This document shows, piece by piece, positions 9,544 through 19,048 of a stretch of DNA of 32,000 nt. A program made the translations under genes and the position numbers. Under the pieces are notes generated by a model. The model worked only from the letters and a program-made list of their open reading frames with translations, did not search any database and was not told where the DNA came from. The stretch's first letter is position 1. Each line of letters begins with the position of its first letter. The stretch spans positions 1 through 32,000 of the forward strand of contig CAZECW010000020.1 of assembly GCA_964510585.1 (NCBI GenBank), read 5' to 3'. The DNA comes from an uncultured archaeon (GTDB lineage: Archaea; Asgardarchaeota; Jordiarchaeia; Jordiarchaeales; Jordiarchaeaceae).

Positions 9544-9948
9544 ATGGCTGAGAAGGAACCTTTGGTGTCTATTGTTATGGGTAGCGAATCTGATAGGGAG
9601 ATAGCTTTGAAGGCTGTTGAGGTTTTAGACAGTAATAATGTTCCTTATGAGGTTAGGGTGCTTTCCGCCCATAGAAATCCCAAGGAGCTGGAGAAGTATA
9701 TAGCTGAGACAAAGTCTTTGGTGTTTATCGCGGTCGCGGGTCTGGCTGCCCATTTGCCCGGTTTCATTGCTTCGAGGACTGAGAAGCCAGTTATTGGTGT
9801 GCCTGTTAGTTCTAAGTTGGGTGGCTTGGACGCTCTTCTTTCCATCGTTCAGATGCCTTCTGGTGTGCCTGTGGCTTGTGTGGGTATTGATAATGCGCGG
9901 AACGCTGCCTTTTTGGCGTTAAGGATACTTAAACTCTTGGAACGTTGA
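9544..9948 (+). CDS. purE: PurE (N5-CAIR mutase / AIR carboxylase catalytic subunit)
   Basis: [36 protein letters not shown]; ATG at 9544 preferred over TTG at 9517 (GGTG 7 nt upstream). Confidence 0.95.
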   Translation: MAEKEPLVSIVMGSESDREIALKAVEVLDSNNVPYEVRVLSAHRNPKELEKYIAETKSLVFIAVAGLAAHLPGFIASRTEKPVIGVPVSSKLGGLDALLSIVQMPSGVPVACVGIDNARNAAFLALRILKLLER

Positions 9949-9975
9949 AGTGTTTAGGTGGAGGCTTTGTGAAGT

Positions 9976-11346
9976 TTGAATTTTCGGGTGGTTATAGTTG
10001 GTGCGGGTCCTGCTGGGTTGGCGGCAGCCTATGAACTTTCAAAAAAGAATGTTAGGGATATTTTGGTCATAGATCAGGGTAAAGCTGCGTCCAAAAGGCA
10101 GTGCCCCATGCCTAAGAATTATAATAATTGTGCTCGTTGTGATCCATGTAGTATAATGTGTGGGATTGGTGGGGCGGGAACCTATTCCAGCGGTCTTTTG
10201 AACCTAAATCCCTACATTGGGGGTGACTTAACTGAATTTACTAGTGATGAAGGGGAAGCGTGGGAGTTAGTTAAGATTGTGGATCAGATGTTTCTGGAGA
10301 ATGGTGCCCCCAATATTTTGTTTAAGCCTGATAGGGAGAAGGTGGAGGAGCTTGAGAGAAGAGCGTCTTCTGCAGATGTCAGGTTTATTCCCATAGATCA
10401 GAGGCTTATTGGTACAGACAATGCTTGTGTGGTGATTGAAAGGATTCACTCTCGATTGGAGAGTAGAGGTGTGAAGTTTCTTCTTGAGACAAGGGTTGCC
10501 GAAGTGAAGGAGGGAGAATTGTTACTTGAGGGGGGTGAGAAGGTTGGGTTCGAGTATTGTATTCTCGCCCCTGGAAGGTCTGGGATGAAGTGGTTGGAGG
10601 GGCAGATGAGTAAGCTGGGTATCCCCACCCAGTATTTGCCTGTGGATATTGGGGTGAGGGTGGAGGTGCCGGCGAGCATAATGGAGCCAGTTTGTAGTAT
10701 AGAACATGACCCCAAGTTTCATATTCGTACTTCAACTTTTGATGATTTTGTTAGGACTTTTTGTGTGAACCATAAGGGATTCGTGGTTATGGAGGTTTAT
10801 GAGGATCATGTGGGTGTTAACGGTTACTCCTTCACGAATAAAACGTCGGATAACACCAATTTCGCTTTACTGGTAAGGGTGGGGCTTACTGAGCCCTTGG
10901 AAGATACGACGGCTTATGGTAGGTCGATTGCTACGCAGATTACCATTCTGGGGGGTGGGAAACCTCTGCTTCAGCGTTTGGGGGATCTCAGAAGGGGGAG
11001 GAGGTCTTACTGGTCTCGGATAGAGAGGGGAGCGGTTAAACCAACCCTGATGTCTGTAACTCCGGGGGATGTGTCAATTGGTATTCCCTACAGACTTTTA
11101 ACGGACATTCTTGAAGGTTTAGAGAAGCTAGACCGGGTCATTCCGGGCATTGCAAGTGATTCAACCTTGTTTTATGCTCCGGAAATCAAGTACTCTGCAA
11201 AAAAAGTTCTCACTGATAAAAGTTTGGAGACGAGAATACCCAACTTGTTTGTAGCGGGGGATGGTGCTGGAGTTTCGAGGGGCATAGTTACGGCGGCGGC
11301 CACTGGGATAGTAGCCGCAAGGGGTATACTCAAGAAAATGGGGTGA
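9976..11346 (+). CDS. NAD(P)/FAD-dependent oxidoreductase (COG2509-like) with Cys cluster
   Basis: VVIVGAGPAG, C-x8-C-x2-C-x2-C-x3-C followed by GIGGAG, APEIKY, GDGAGVSRGI. Confidence 0.85.
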   Translation: MNFRVVIVGAGPAGLAAAYELSKKNVRDILVIDQGKAASKRQCPMPKNYNNCARCDPCSIMCGIGGAGTYSSGLLNLNPYIGGDLTEFTSDEGEAWELVKIVDQMFLENGAPNILFKPDREKVEELERRASSADVRFIPIDQRLIGTDNACVVIERIHSRLESRGVKFLLETRVAEVKEGELLLEGGEKVGFEYCILAPGRSGMKWLEGQMSKLGIPTQYLPVDIGVRVEVPASIMEPVCSIEHDPKFHIRTSTFDDFVRTFCVNHKGFVVMEVYEDHVGVNGYSFTNKTSDNTNFALLVRVGLTEPLEDTTAYGRSIATQITILGGGKPLLQRLGDLRRGRRSYWSRIERGAVKPTLMSVTPGDVSIGIPYRLLTDILEGLEKLDRVIPGIASDSTLFYAPEIKYSAKKVLTDKSLETRIPNLFVAGDGAGVSRGIVTAAATGIVAARGILKKMG

Positions 11347-11721
11347 ATCATCCTATTTTCCCTTTTTACGCGAAGAAAATTTTTTGAGGGACCTGTTTTC
11401 TCCACAAGGAACGTTGGAGGGAGATCCTCCGACTTATCATTGGGAATTTTGGGATGGGGTTCTTTTTGGAGGAATTTTAGTGTGAGGTTTCAATTGTCTT
11501 TTTTTCTTTAGAAGGTGTCTTGGGTATTTTTGTTTAGATGTTGTGTTTTACAAGTTAGGGTGCTTGTTTAGGTTTGATGGGTTGTTGGGGAAGTGTGGTT
11601 GTGTTTAGTCGCCTTTTTTTGGGAAGCCAATAATCCTATATATCCTTGGGGGTAGATATTATGAAAGGAACAGTTGCCCTAGTTTGTTAGGCCTGTAGTA
11701 TTTATGGGAGGCATGTTTTGA

Positions 11722-12276
11722 GTGAGCTTCAAGGATTCTGGATGGTCGGATTTGGAAATCTTGCAAAATATTTCTGAGTGTTTTAAGCTTCTGAAAAAGG
11801 GTTTGGAAAATTTGAAGAACAAAGAATTTGAAAATGCCTTATCTGTTTTGTCAGACGCCTCTACCCTTATGTATATAAGTCTTAATCGGGCGGTTACCCG
11901 TAATTTATCCTACAGGCATGCTTATGGTATTATTGTGCAATTTAATGTTCTAGTAGTTTCTTTAGCTATAAGTTTTCTTGTGCGCGCTAGACAAGTTGAG
12001 AAGGAAGCAAGGGAGTGTTTGGGGGGAGCTACATCCCTTATTGCGCTCATCACCGCCTTTCTGAACCCGCTGTTGAGAAGCATTGTAGAGCAGGAATCAA
12101 AACCTGATGGTTATAAATTGACAGAAAAAGATAGGTATCTTTTAGCAGAGATGATGCAGTTGAACGAAGTCATCAGAGATTTCAAAAAACAATTTGAAGA
12201 AGAGAAAAAAGAGATTTTTGAAGAAAAGCCAAAAAAGGTGGCTGCAAAGGCCAAAAAACAGCCAGCCAAGAGTTAA
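11722..12276 (+). CDS. Hypothetical all-helical protein with Lys-rich tail
   Basis: 184-aa ORF, GGAGG upstream, helical composition; start codon uncertain. Confidence 0.7.
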   Translation: MSFKDSGWSDLEILQNISECFKLLKKGLENLKNKEFENALSVLSDASTLMYISLNRAVTRNLSYRHAYGIIVQFNVLVVSLAISFLVRARQVEKEARECLGGATSLIALITAFLNPLLRSIVEQESKPDGYKLTEKDRYLLAEMMQLNEVIRDFKKQFEEEKKEIFEEKPKKVAAKAKKQPAKS

Positions 12277-12322
12277 CGCTCTCCGCGAAAGTCTGGGGCC
12301 TTCCAGCCAACGGTTTTTGTAA

Positions 12323-14356
12323 TTATTTCTTAACAAGTATTTCTTCCTGATTTTTTGAGAGCAGTTTTCCCTCCTTTGTGAGAATCTCCGCTTTAGCCCA
12401 GATTTTTCCTTGGGGGCAGGTCTTAAACTCGAATACTTGATTGGTTCTATGTACGCTGTCTGGTTCAATGTTTAATGTTGCCTGTTTTTCGTTAAACCTT
12501 CTCCCATTCTCGTCTTCTAACCAGTAAATCAGTTGAACATTGGAATAGCTTCTATGCAGATCATTTATAATCCAGATAGCTCCCTTATCACTGGGTTTCA
12601 CAACATCACTAATCTCTATGCTGACCAGCACGGGTTGATACCCTGTTTTCATGGCATAGTAGCCTTTTTTGGGCTGGCGATAGTAATCCAAAACGCTCCA
12701 AGTTATTGAAGGCCAGCAGTCCACGAACATAAACTGGAAGATTCCAGTCATTGGGTTGTATTTTGCCCGTCTATATGTTTCAATGGCGTACTTGAGAAGC
12801 TTATACTGGTAGTTTTGGCTGTTCTCTACAAACTCTTCCAAAGAATTTCCGAGCTCAATTTTTGCCATGTTAAAAGTCTGCATGTGTTGAAAGTCGTGAA
12901 AAGTCCACTTACCCCAGTTGGGTGGCCAGAGATCCTCCTCAGGCATCATCCTTTTCAGGGTATCTACATTTGGGAGGGCTTGGGCGCCAAATTCAGTGCA
13001 GAAGGGCTGGGCGAGGAGCGTAGAGTACTTTTTGTAATCTTCCTCATACCAACCCGGATAAATGTGGAACTCGGTGGTTGAAGCAATGTCCACGTAGCGT
13101 GTAGCATCCTCTTCTGACGCTGCAACCATTAGGAGGGTATCGAGATTCCTTAATTGGTGCAAGTCGGGTTCATTGTGGCAGCACCAGACAACTATGCTGG
13201 GGTGATTATAAAAGGTTCTAATCATATCCTTAATTTGTCCAACGGCCTTTTCTGCAAATTCGTCGCATCTTGAATACCACCATTGCAGAGCAAAATCCTG
13301 CCAGACCATTATGCCGTTCTCATCGCAGGCGGAGTAGAATTCCTCCCTGTTGACATGTGCGTGCACCCTTACTGCGTTAACATTTGCTTCCTTGAGAAGC
13401 CGCATATCTTCCCGTATTTTTTCGGGAGTGTATTCTGAGAGCCACTGAGTGGGAATAATGTTAGTACCCCTAACGAAAATTTTTAAACCGTTAAGATACC
13501 AATTCCACCCCGAATCTATCCTGACTTCTCTAACACCGAACCGTTCCCTTAAAGAATCGAGAACATCTTCACTGTCTCGAACCGCAACCAACAAGTAGTA
13601 CAGGTTTTGTTCTCCATGATCCCAAGTCCACCAAAGCTGCGGCCTTTTCATACTCAGTACAAAGAATAGCTGGTTCTTCCCCCTAGATAAGAACACGTGT
13701 TTAAACTTTGATATACTGCCCCCCGAAGAAGAGTTTACAGGTTCTACTTCTACTTCGACCATTACCTCTTTGGGATAATCTAAATTCTCCAGTTCAACTT
13801 CAACAATTATTCTTGCAAGTTTTTCAGATTCAATTTTAGGCGATATTTTAACTCTGGAGATTCTTACTTTACTCGTTATTAGCAAGTCCACATCGTTCCA
13901 TATGCCTCCAGTGTTATAGTCTTGGCCGTGTTCTGGATCCCAGGAGCCTGGGCGGCAATCATGGTGGTTGAGAACCCCCTTAATTAGTCTCTTGTAACAT
14001 GGCCAAACTGGTTTTTCTTCCTTCGGAGAACCCACCTTGACGAGCAACGAATTCTCTTCCCTGATAACCTTGGTAACGTTAAACATGAAGGGTTGGAAAT
14101 ATCCCTCATGGTGACCTACAAAGACTCCGTTTAGATAAACGTCTGCAAAATAGTCAACGCCCTTGAATCTAAGCCAAAACTCTTTATCTGCTGGTACTTC
14201 TTCCAGCCCGAAGCTTTTTTGGAAGTAAATGTTTCCAGAGAAATCCACACCTCTAAGGTACCAGTTTGAGGGAAGCAACATTTCCTTCCAATCAGAGTCA
14301 TTACTTGGAACAGACTCAAAACTGTATCTCCATTTCCCATTTAAGCTAATTATCAT
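12323..14356 (-). CDS. Glycoside hydrolase family 2, beta-mannosidase-like, no signal peptide
   Basis: FKGVDY, GGIW, FVRGTN, VRVHAH, WCCHNEP (acid/base Glu), TEFGAQ (nucleophile Glu), SITWSVLDY. Confidence 0.9.
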   Translation of the reverse strand: MIISLNGKWRYSFESVPSNDSDWKEMLLPSNWYLRGVDFSGNIYFQKSFGLEEVPADKEFWLRFKGVDYFADVYLNGVFVGHHEGYFQPFMFNVTKVIREENSLLVKVGSPKEEKPVWPCYKRLIKGVLNHHDCRPGSWDPEHGQDYNTGGIWNDVDLLITSKVRISRVKISPKIESEKLARIIVEVELENLDYPKEVMVEVEVEPVNSSSGGSISKFKHVFLSRGKNQLFFVLSMKRPQLWWTWDHGEQNLYYLLVAVRDSEDVLDSLRERFGVREVRIDSGWNWYLNGLKIFVRGTNIIPTQWLSEYTPEKIREDMRLLKEANVNAVRVHAHVNREEFYSACDENGIMVWQDFALQWWYSRCDEFAEKAVGQIKDMIRTFYNHPSIVVWCCHNEPDLHQLRNLDTLLMVAASEEDATRYVDIASTTEFHIYPGWYEEDYKKYSTLLAQPFCTEFGAQALPNVDTLKRMMPEEDLWPPNWGKWTFHDFQHMQTFNMAKIELGNSLEEFVENSQNYQYKLLKYAIETYRRAKYNPMTGIFQFMFVDCWPSITWSVLDYYRQPKKGYYAMKTGYQPVLVSIEISDVVKPSDKGAIWIINDLHRSYSNVQLIYWLEDENGRRFNEKQATLNIEPDSVHRTNQVFEFKTCPQGKIWAKAEILTKEGKLLSKNQEEILVKK

Positions 14357-14555
14357 TGATATTCGCCTTTGCCAGTTAAATCTAAAACCATTAAAAAGAC
14401 ATTTTTTGGAATATACTGCTTCAGTTTCTGTTTAAAAAAGGTTTATGGTCATTTTAATTGGGAGGGAGGAGCTTTAAATATCAAATAAAAAAATTATAGT
14501 AGTGCAGAATCAAAATCTTATTTCTCTGGAAAGGATTTTTAGAGAAGTGAAATAG

Positions 14556-15074
14556 TTGAGGTTCTGGCTGGTTTCACCAGGGACTTTGAAACAGAAATGC
14601 TTGGAGTTTATCCTCCTTGAAGGATATTTTAACCCAGAGACTTTTTCAGAGTTGGAATACTCTCTCCACAACCAGGAATATCCAAGCAAAGACCTCATCT
14701 CTGAATTATGTAGAAATGTCAGATGCCCAGCCATTTGCGAAAAATGTCAAGCTGATTGCATACACAAAGAATTCTGTAAGCAGGTGGAGAGGCTGCACAT
14801 TGATAGAAGTCCACCATGTATAAGAAAAGCCTACAACTTGGGCGAGTTTCGAATAGTTAAAAACTATTTCAAGTCGCTAGGACTTCTACCCAATACAACA
14901 GAAGAACGCCCCGGAGTGAAATGCACATTTATGAGAAAAGTAGGACTGTGCGAAACGGACAATTTCTGTAAAAGTATGAAAACAGGAATTTTAACTGAAT
15001 ACTATAATATACGCTTAAAAAGAAAAATCACCGAAGAAATAAAGAGTAATAGGCCTCAAACATATAGGAAATAA
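14556..15074 (+). CDS. Small Cys-rich protein resembling the primase large subunit (PriL) C-terminal Fe-S domain
   Basis: PPCI ... KCTFMRKVGLCETDNFC ... EYY pattern plus an upstream Cys cluster; start codon uncertain. Confidence 0.65.
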   Translation: MRFWLVSPGTLKQKCLEFILLEGYFNPETFSELEYSLHNQEYPSKDLISELCRNVRCPAICEKCQADCIHKEFCKQVERLHIDRSPPCIRKAYNLGEFRIVKNYFKSLGLLPNTTEERPGVKCTFMRKVGLCETDNFCKSMKTGILTEYYNIRLKRKITEEIKSNRPQTYRK

Positions 15075-15097
15075 AGTCACCCTCTAACTGTTTTTTC

Positions 15098-16186
15098 CTA
15101 TTTTTTCCAGAGCTTCTGGGCAATTTCAGATGCGCGGTGTTTCTGCCACAGTTCTAAATACCTCAGTATGTTTTCATCGTTCCGGTAAACATCAAAAACA
15201 ATGTTATACTTTGCTTCCAGTACCGGGAGGAATGATCCCTGCAAAGCATCTCTATAAGTTCTGAGGCCCTCAAGGTTTTCCTCATCAAGAACTTTAATTA
15301 TCGTCTTCGCTGCTAATTCGCCCGACTCGAGGGCATAAGGAATTCCTTTGCCCGATATGGGATCCACTAGGCCAGCGGCGTCTCCTACTGCTACAATGCC
15401 CCCCTCGTGGAATTTTTCGCGAGTCTTTAGAGGAACCAAGTGGGCCGAGGTTCTGATGGTTTCCCCGCTTGATAAAATTTTTCTTATAGGTTCGTAGTCT
15501 AGAAACTTTTGAAAAGAATCCCTCGTATTACTAATATCTGATAATCGGCAGCCCCAACCCAAACTTATCACATTTCTTTTAGGAAAAGCCCACCCGTAAC
15601 CAAATTTACTTATGTCCTTGCCAAAATAAAAGTTGATGGTTTTTTCGCCTATGATTTCCGATATTTTTTCTTTTTTAGACAGAATCTCTTTTTGTACTGT
15701 CAGGTATACTTGATCTGCTTTGAAGGGACTCCAACCAATAGATTTTAAAGTTGGAGAATTGACTCCATCAGCTGCGATTACAATCTTGGCTTCGACATTA
15801 CCCCTCTTTAGTTTAAGCTTATAATGATCGTTTTTCCACGTAACACTTTTCAGACCTTGGGACTCCATGAGCTTTGCACCGTTCGCAGCTGCGAGGTACT
15901 GAAAGTAACCATCAAACTTTAGCCTCCAAACCACGGCGCCGAAACCAAGCCTGCGAAAAACTTTCCCCGAGGTGTGATAAGTTACCAGAGATTCCACTTC
16001 ACGCTCAATTACCTCACCCGGAATTTTATATTTACTCACAAGCGTTAATTCTATAGCTCCACCACAGGGTTTATACCTCGGAATCTCCTCTTTATCAATC
16101 AAAACTACCTTGTATCCCGCCTCCGCAATGTGAGCTGCGGACAATGAGCCTGAAGGTCCGGCGCCAACCACAGCAACATCATACAA
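15098..16186 (-). CDS. Geranylgeranyl reductase family flavoprotein
   Basis: DVAVVGAGPSG, KPCGG, IAADG, GYGWAFP, VGDAAGLVDPISGKGI; AGGTGAGG RBS upstream. Confidence 0.9.
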   Translation of the reverse strand: MYDVAVVGAGPSGSLSAAHIAEAGYKVVLIDKEEIPRYKPCGGAIELTLVSKYKIPGEVIEREVESLVTYHTSGKVFRRLGFGAVVWRLKFDGYFQYLAAANGAKLMESQGLKSVTWKNDHYKLKLKRGNVEAKIVIAADGVNSPTLKSIGWSPFKADQVYLTVQKEILSKKEKISEIIGEKTINFYFGKDISKFGYGWAFPKRNVISLGWGCRLSDISNTRDSFQKFLDYEPIRKILSSGETIRTSAHLVPLKTREKFHEGGIVAVGDAAGLVDPISGKGIPYALESGELAAKTIIKVLDEENLEGLRTYRDALQGSFLPVLEAKYNIVFDVYRNDENILRYLELWQKHRASEIAQKLWKK

Positions 16187-16330
16187 ATATTTTAAACCTC
16201 ACCTAATTTGTGCTATTCTGAATGGTAAACACCACTCATAAATATTATCCCAAAAAACAGCATATATTGTTATTCCATAAAAAACGGTTAAAAATATCTA
16301 TTATTATTTATTTTCAATTTTAGAGCTGAT

Positions 16331-16344
16331 GAAACCTTTTTATA
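16331..16344 (+). promoter_or_regulatory. BRE-TATA of the histone gene (divergent from the GGR gene)
   Basis: GAAACC + TTTTTATA about 50 nt before the histone ATG. Confidence 0.55.
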
Positions 16345-16392
16345 GAGGAAAGAAGCATTCTAAAGATAAATTATTAAAAAGAGGAAAGTAAA

Positions 16393-16635
16393 ATGCCCAG
16401 AAAAAAAAGCGAAACAATCATACCAGTCGCACCAATCGATAGACTGATCAGAAACGCCGGCGCGGAAAGAGTTTCAGAAGGTGGAGCTGCGGCACTAGCT
16501 AAAATTTTAGAAGAACTTGGGACAGAAATAGCACGACTAGCAGATGAGATGGCGAAGCACACTGGAAGAAAAACCATAAAAGAAGAAGACATCGACTTGG
16601 CATACAAAACATGGAAGAAAACAAAATTCCCATAA
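16393..16635 (+). CDS. Archaeal histone (HMf family) with short basic extensions
   Basis: PVAPIDRLIRNAGAERVS, AKHTGRKTIKEEDIDLA; GAGGA RBS. Confidence 0.97.
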   Translation: MPRKKSETIIPVAPIDRLIRNAGAERVSEGGAAALAKILEELGTEIARLADEMAKHTGRKTIKEEDIDLAYKTWKKTKFP

Positions 16636-16825
16636 AAAACCAATAAACATCTAGCAGATACGAGCAAACTGGTGTTTCAAATAGTGCCACTTTGAACAAG
16701 AAATTTTCCAAAGCACTATCCTATTATTTGCTATAAAAACATGTTTTCGTTCTTTGTCTAAGAAGCGCAGCTTATGTACGTTTTTAAAGCTGGTAGAATC
16801 TAAGTACGCAAAGTTAGAAATATTT

Positions 16826-19048
16826 TCATCTTGAAACTCGCAGCTCATACCGGAGTACATCGCCTAGGTTCTCAATCTCTGAAATATTGTAGATGCTGCC
16901 ACCACTTTTCTCCGCGATGCTTTGGCAAATCTTCTTCCGCCAATTCTTCATTAATGCATGGCTTTCTGGACGGATAACAACAGTGCGAATGTTTTCCTTT
17001 TTTATCAATTTAGCTATCTCTTCAATCTCGTATAGTAACTGATTGTAGGATTCCATCTCAGACCTCATCTGTTGAATGTAAGAGTAACGTCTTTCAGAAA
17101 AATTCCCGGCGTTTAGCGGCACATTTGCGCCCCCGTCACTAATAGTTACCAGGAAGGGTACTACCTTGTTATCTTTCATTTTCTCCCGTTTTAGTACCTC
17201 AAGTCCTTTGACCAGTCCCGCGGCTAGAGGAGTCCAGCTTCCAGATTTTACAGTTAGCAGTTTTGCAGTTACGGTTTGCAGGTTTACTGTGGGATATTGC
17301 ATTATTTCAGCGCTGTAGCCTTTAAATACCACTAGTCCCACGCGGTCCCTCTGTCGATAGGCTTCATCATGTAGGGAGAGTATCACCTGTTTGACTTTTT
17401 TTAGGTTTTTAAACATTGAGCCGCTGGCGTCAAGTACAAAGACTATGGAAAGTGGTGCGCGGTACTCAAATATTTTTTCGCGAATATCTTGTGTTCGTAT
17501 ATTTACTGCCAGATTTTTGTTTTTTCTATTTTTTTGGTAGGGCGAGGATGCCCTTATTGATGCATCCAATGCGATGTGCCTAGTTTTTTCCTTAGGGATT
17601 TTGTAGTAGATGTATCTTCCTTTGTCTGAGGAACCTTTTGCTTTTAGCCTCCTTCCCAGAAAGCTGGGTTCATCCTTTCTGAAGTAGCTTTTGTACTGCT
17701 GCCTAAAAAATTCCCCAAGAATGTTTGCCTTCTTGAGCTCTTCTATTTCTTCTTCTGTTAAGGCATCAAATCTTGGGTCTCTGATGTTTATCATTCCATC
17801 TCGGTCTTGGCCTTCTTGTTGCTGTGTATAACGGTTCAAAAGGTCTTGGTAGGGGATGTCCTGATTTGACGGAGCGGCTTGCATGCCTTCCTCAAATGAG
17901 ATGTTTTGAATATCTTTTCCTGAGGCGTCCTCACTTTTGTTTTGTTGTTGGCCATTCATTTCGGCGTCGTTACGAAAAAAACCCATGGCCTCTTGCTGTT
18001 TCACTTCGTTTAGTGTTTTTTCGAATGCTTCTGCTATCCTTTTGTTTACCGTTTCTGCATCTTCGAATTCAAATTTTCGAATTCTGTGACCCAGGGCTAA
18101 TTCCGCAGCCTTTAGCACATCTTGTTCGTTTACTTCTTTTCTACCGTCCAAGGCCGCTAATGCCTTGGCGCAGCGCATAACCGTTATATCCCCTCTATGG
18201 GTGCCTACCCCCAGCTCCAGACACAACCTCACAATGGTTACTAACAGGTACGTTGGTATTTTTACTTCTGGAAGAATTTCTTTGGCCTTCACTATCCTTT
18301 TCTGAAGATCCTCTTCTTCGCTCTGCCACTTCCTTAGAAACTCTTCCTGGTCTTTATCAAATTCTTGGATGCGGTTTAGTATCTCCAGTCTTTGTTTAAC
18401 ATCCTTGAGGGGGGTCACTTCTACCTGTAGGCCTATTCTGTCAAGTATTTGGGGTCTTAGTTCCCCCTCCTCCGGGTTCATACTTCCTACTAGCACGAAG
18501 CTTGAGGGATGGGATACAGATACACCTTCCCTTTCTACAGTGTTAACTCCAAAAGCTGCAGCGTCTAAAAGATCGTCCACTATATGGTCACTTAGAAGGT
18601 TAATCTCGTCTACGTATAGTATTTGTCGATTAGCTTCAGCCAATATGCCTGGCTCTAGAGCTTTAACTCCTTCCTTTATTGCCCTTTCAATGTCTAGAGA
18701 TCCCACAACTCTATCCTCTGTTACCCCTAGAGGAATTTCAACAACCCTCATCCTTCTTACTTCATATTCTAAGCTATTGTTTTCCTTTAATTTGGCTTTG
18801 CACATTTCACACATAGTTGATGGATTTGCAGGATCGCAGTTAAATGGACAATTCTTGACGAATTCTATTTCTGGCAATAATGCAGCTAATGCCCTTACTG
18901 CAGTAGATTTTCCTGTGCCTTTCTCTCCACGGATTAATACGCCGCCGATTTTAGGATCTATAACGTTTAAAATTAGACCGAGCTTCATATTAGTTTGGCC
19001 AACTATTGCTGTAAAGGGAAAAACTACTTTTTTATATCGAACAGACAT
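16826..19048 (-). CDS. chlD: ChlD-type chelatase subunit: ChlI-like AAA+ domain, linker, vWA domain
   Basis: [17 protein letters not shown] (Walker A), LYVDEINLL (Walker B), [10 protein letters not shown]; vWA DASGS MIDAS motif, TPLAAGL, ISDG. Confidence 0.92.
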   Translation of the reverse strand: MSVRYKKVVFPFTAIVGQTNMKLGLILNVIDPKIGGVLIRGEKGTGKSTAVRALAALLPEIEFVKNCPFNCDPANPSTMCEMCKAKLKENNSLEYEVRRMRVVEIPLGVTEDRVVGSLDIERAIKEGVKALEPGILAEANRQILYVDEINLLSDHIVDDLLDAAAFGVNTVEREGVSVSHPSSFVLVGSMNPEEGELRPQILDRIGLQVEVTPLKDVKQRLEILNRIQEFDKDQEEFLRKWQSEEEDLQKRIVKAKEILPEVKIPTYLLVTIVRLCLELGVGTHRGDITVMRCAKALAALDGRKEVNEQDVLKAAELALGHRIRKFEFEDAETVNKRIAEAFEKTLNEVKQQEAMGFFRNDAEMNGQQQNKSEDASGKDIQNISFEEGMQAAPSNQDIPYQDLLNRYTQQQEGQDRDGMINIRDPRFDALTEEEIEELKKANILGEFFRQQYKSYFRKDEPSFLGRRLKAKGSSDKGRYIYYKIPKEKTRHIALDASIRASSPYQKNRKNKNLAVNIRTQDIREKIFEYRAPLSIVFVLDASGSMFKNLKKVKQVILSLHDEAYRQRDRVGLVVFKGYSAEIMQYPTVNLQTVTAKLLTVKSGSWTPLAAGLVKGLEVLKREKMKDNKVVPFLVTISDGGANVPLNAGNFSERRYSYIQQMRSEMESYNQLLYEIEEIAKLIKKENIRTVVIRPESHALMKNWRKKICQSIAEKSGGSIYNISEIENLGDVLRYELRVSR
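17970..17984 (-). other. Candidate programmed -1 frameshift / slippage site in chlD
   Basis: Minus strand ATG GGT TTT TTT CGT AAC contains in-frame heptamers G_GGU_UUU and U_UUU_UUU; the -1 frame reads TTT TTT TCG TAA. Confidence 0.55.

Noticed and set aside
14502-14555. 17 codons in frame with the PriL-like ORF, separated by TAG (possible pyrrolysine readthrough)
   Set aside because: No pyl genes or PYLIS evidence in the window, and the upstream peptide has no recognisable similarity
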